In this document: positions 63,297-64,000 of the stretch, one piece after another
Position numbering within the stretch: the stretch's first letter is position 1
Layout: every line of letters starts with the position of its first letter
Assembly: GCA_963803975.1 (NCBI GenBank)
Contig: CAWDOY010000003.1
Span: 288,001 to 352,000 of the forward strand
Direction of reading: 5' to 3'
DNA length: 64,000 bases
From: an uncultured delta proteobacterium
GTDB taxonomy: Bacteria > Desulfobacterota > WTBG01 > CAIYCZ01
The notes under the pieces: model-generated
What the model saw: the letters and a program-made list of their open reading frames with translations, nothing else
What the model was told of the DNA's origin: nothing
Databases searched by the model: none
Position numbers and translations under genes: made by a program

Positions 63297-63887
63297 ATGG
63301 CGAAAATAAATAAAGTTATCATCAGCGTATCGAATAAGGCCGGGGTCCTTGAATGTGCACAGGAGCTCAGCAAGTTTGGCGTGGAAATTCTCTCAACTGG
63401 CGGCACGGCAAAGTCTTTGCGTGAAGCCGGTTTAGCAATAAAAGACGTCTCTGAATACACGGGTTTCCCGGAAATGCTTGATGGCCGGGTTAAGACCCTT
63501 CATCCAAAAGTACATGGCGGTCTTTTGGGCCGGCGCTCCAATCCGGAGCATGTCAGCAAAATGAAAGAATACCATATCGACCCTATAGATATGATTATTG
63601 TCAACCTGTATCCGTTTGAGGAAACAGTTGCTAAAAAAGACTGTACGCTTGAAGATGCCATTGAAAACATAGATATCGGCGGACCGACTATGCTGCGGTC
63701 AGCTGCAAAGAACTATGAAGACGTTACGGTAATAGTCGACCCTGCAGATTATCCGAAAGTTATTGCGGAGATGAAGGCAAACAATGGTGTTGTTTCAAAA
63801 GCAACCAATTTTTATCTCGCAAAAAAGGTTTTCCAGAGAACCTCACAGTACGATGCGGCCATTACAGACTATCTGGCAAAAGTATAA
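63297..63887 (+). CDS. purH: PurH N-terminal half only (IMP cyclohydrolase)
   Basis: [34 protein letters not shown], ending in TAA-TAG after 196 aa. Confidence 0.88.
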   Translation: MAKINKVIISVSNKAGVLECAQELSKFGVEILSTGGTAKSLREAGLAIKDVSEYTGFPEMLDGRVKTLHPKVHGGLLGRRSNPEHVSKMKEYHIDPIDMIIVNLYPFEETVAKKDCTLEDAIENIDIGGPTMLRSAAKNYEDVTVIVDPADYPKVIAEMKANNGVVSKATNFYLAKKVFQRTSQYDAAITDYLAKV

Positions 63888-63932
63888 TAGGGAAATGTTC
63901 AATTCCCGGTTTAATACCTTGAGGATTATAAC

Positions 63933-64000
63933 ATGGGATTAACCGTGCTCATTGTAGGCGGCGGGGGACGGGAGCATGCACTGGCCTGGAAAATAGCACA
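63933..64000 (+). CDS. purD: Phosphoribosylamine--glycine ligase, 5' end
   Basis: MGLTVLIVGGGGREHALAWKIA; GAGG RBS. Confidence 0.9.
   Translation, partial: MGLTVLIVGGGGREHALAWKIA

Overview
Bacterial chromosomal window whose gene content (aor, DUF6178-like, short PurH, NrpR, N-terminally extended RecG) suggests a deltaproteobacterial/Desulfobacterota-type anaerobe; the taxonomy is inference. Single-base frameshifts interrupt many genes, including essential hisS, so the assembly probably carries indel errors. About 1-22.6 kb is accessory. About 1-15 kb is an island bounded by two copies of a ~76-90 bp promoter-bearing repeat. It holds a GNAT/formyltransferase pair and a set of modular, Thr-rich exported proteins built from shared parts (lectin-like domain, Cys-stapled Ig modules, DUF5018-like repeats, a deacetylase-like domain, distinct C-terminal tails, shared terminators). 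15-22 kb is an all-exported cluster: a two-haem Kelch/PKD cytochrome c, an alpha/beta hydrolase, a ferrochelatase-fold lipoprotein and a repeat lipoprotein. The rest is mostly housekeeping: AAA/VWA pair, queG-like, recG, ABC system, ihfB, yacG, hisS, 4 tRNAs, GGDEF/HD-GYP, nrpR with an FMN glutamate synthase, rsmE, alr, purH', purD'. It also has a small island at tRNA-Glu(CTC) and several MITE/REP-like elements. Best leads: the exported HemH-fold lipoprotein cluster, the three-copy mobile-promoter-like repeat at island edges, a shared uORF-terminator leader upstream of two unrelated exported-protein genes, the modular surface-protein locus, and a candidate bacterial NrpR operator. No CRISPR array, integrase, reverse transcriptase or rRNA was seen.
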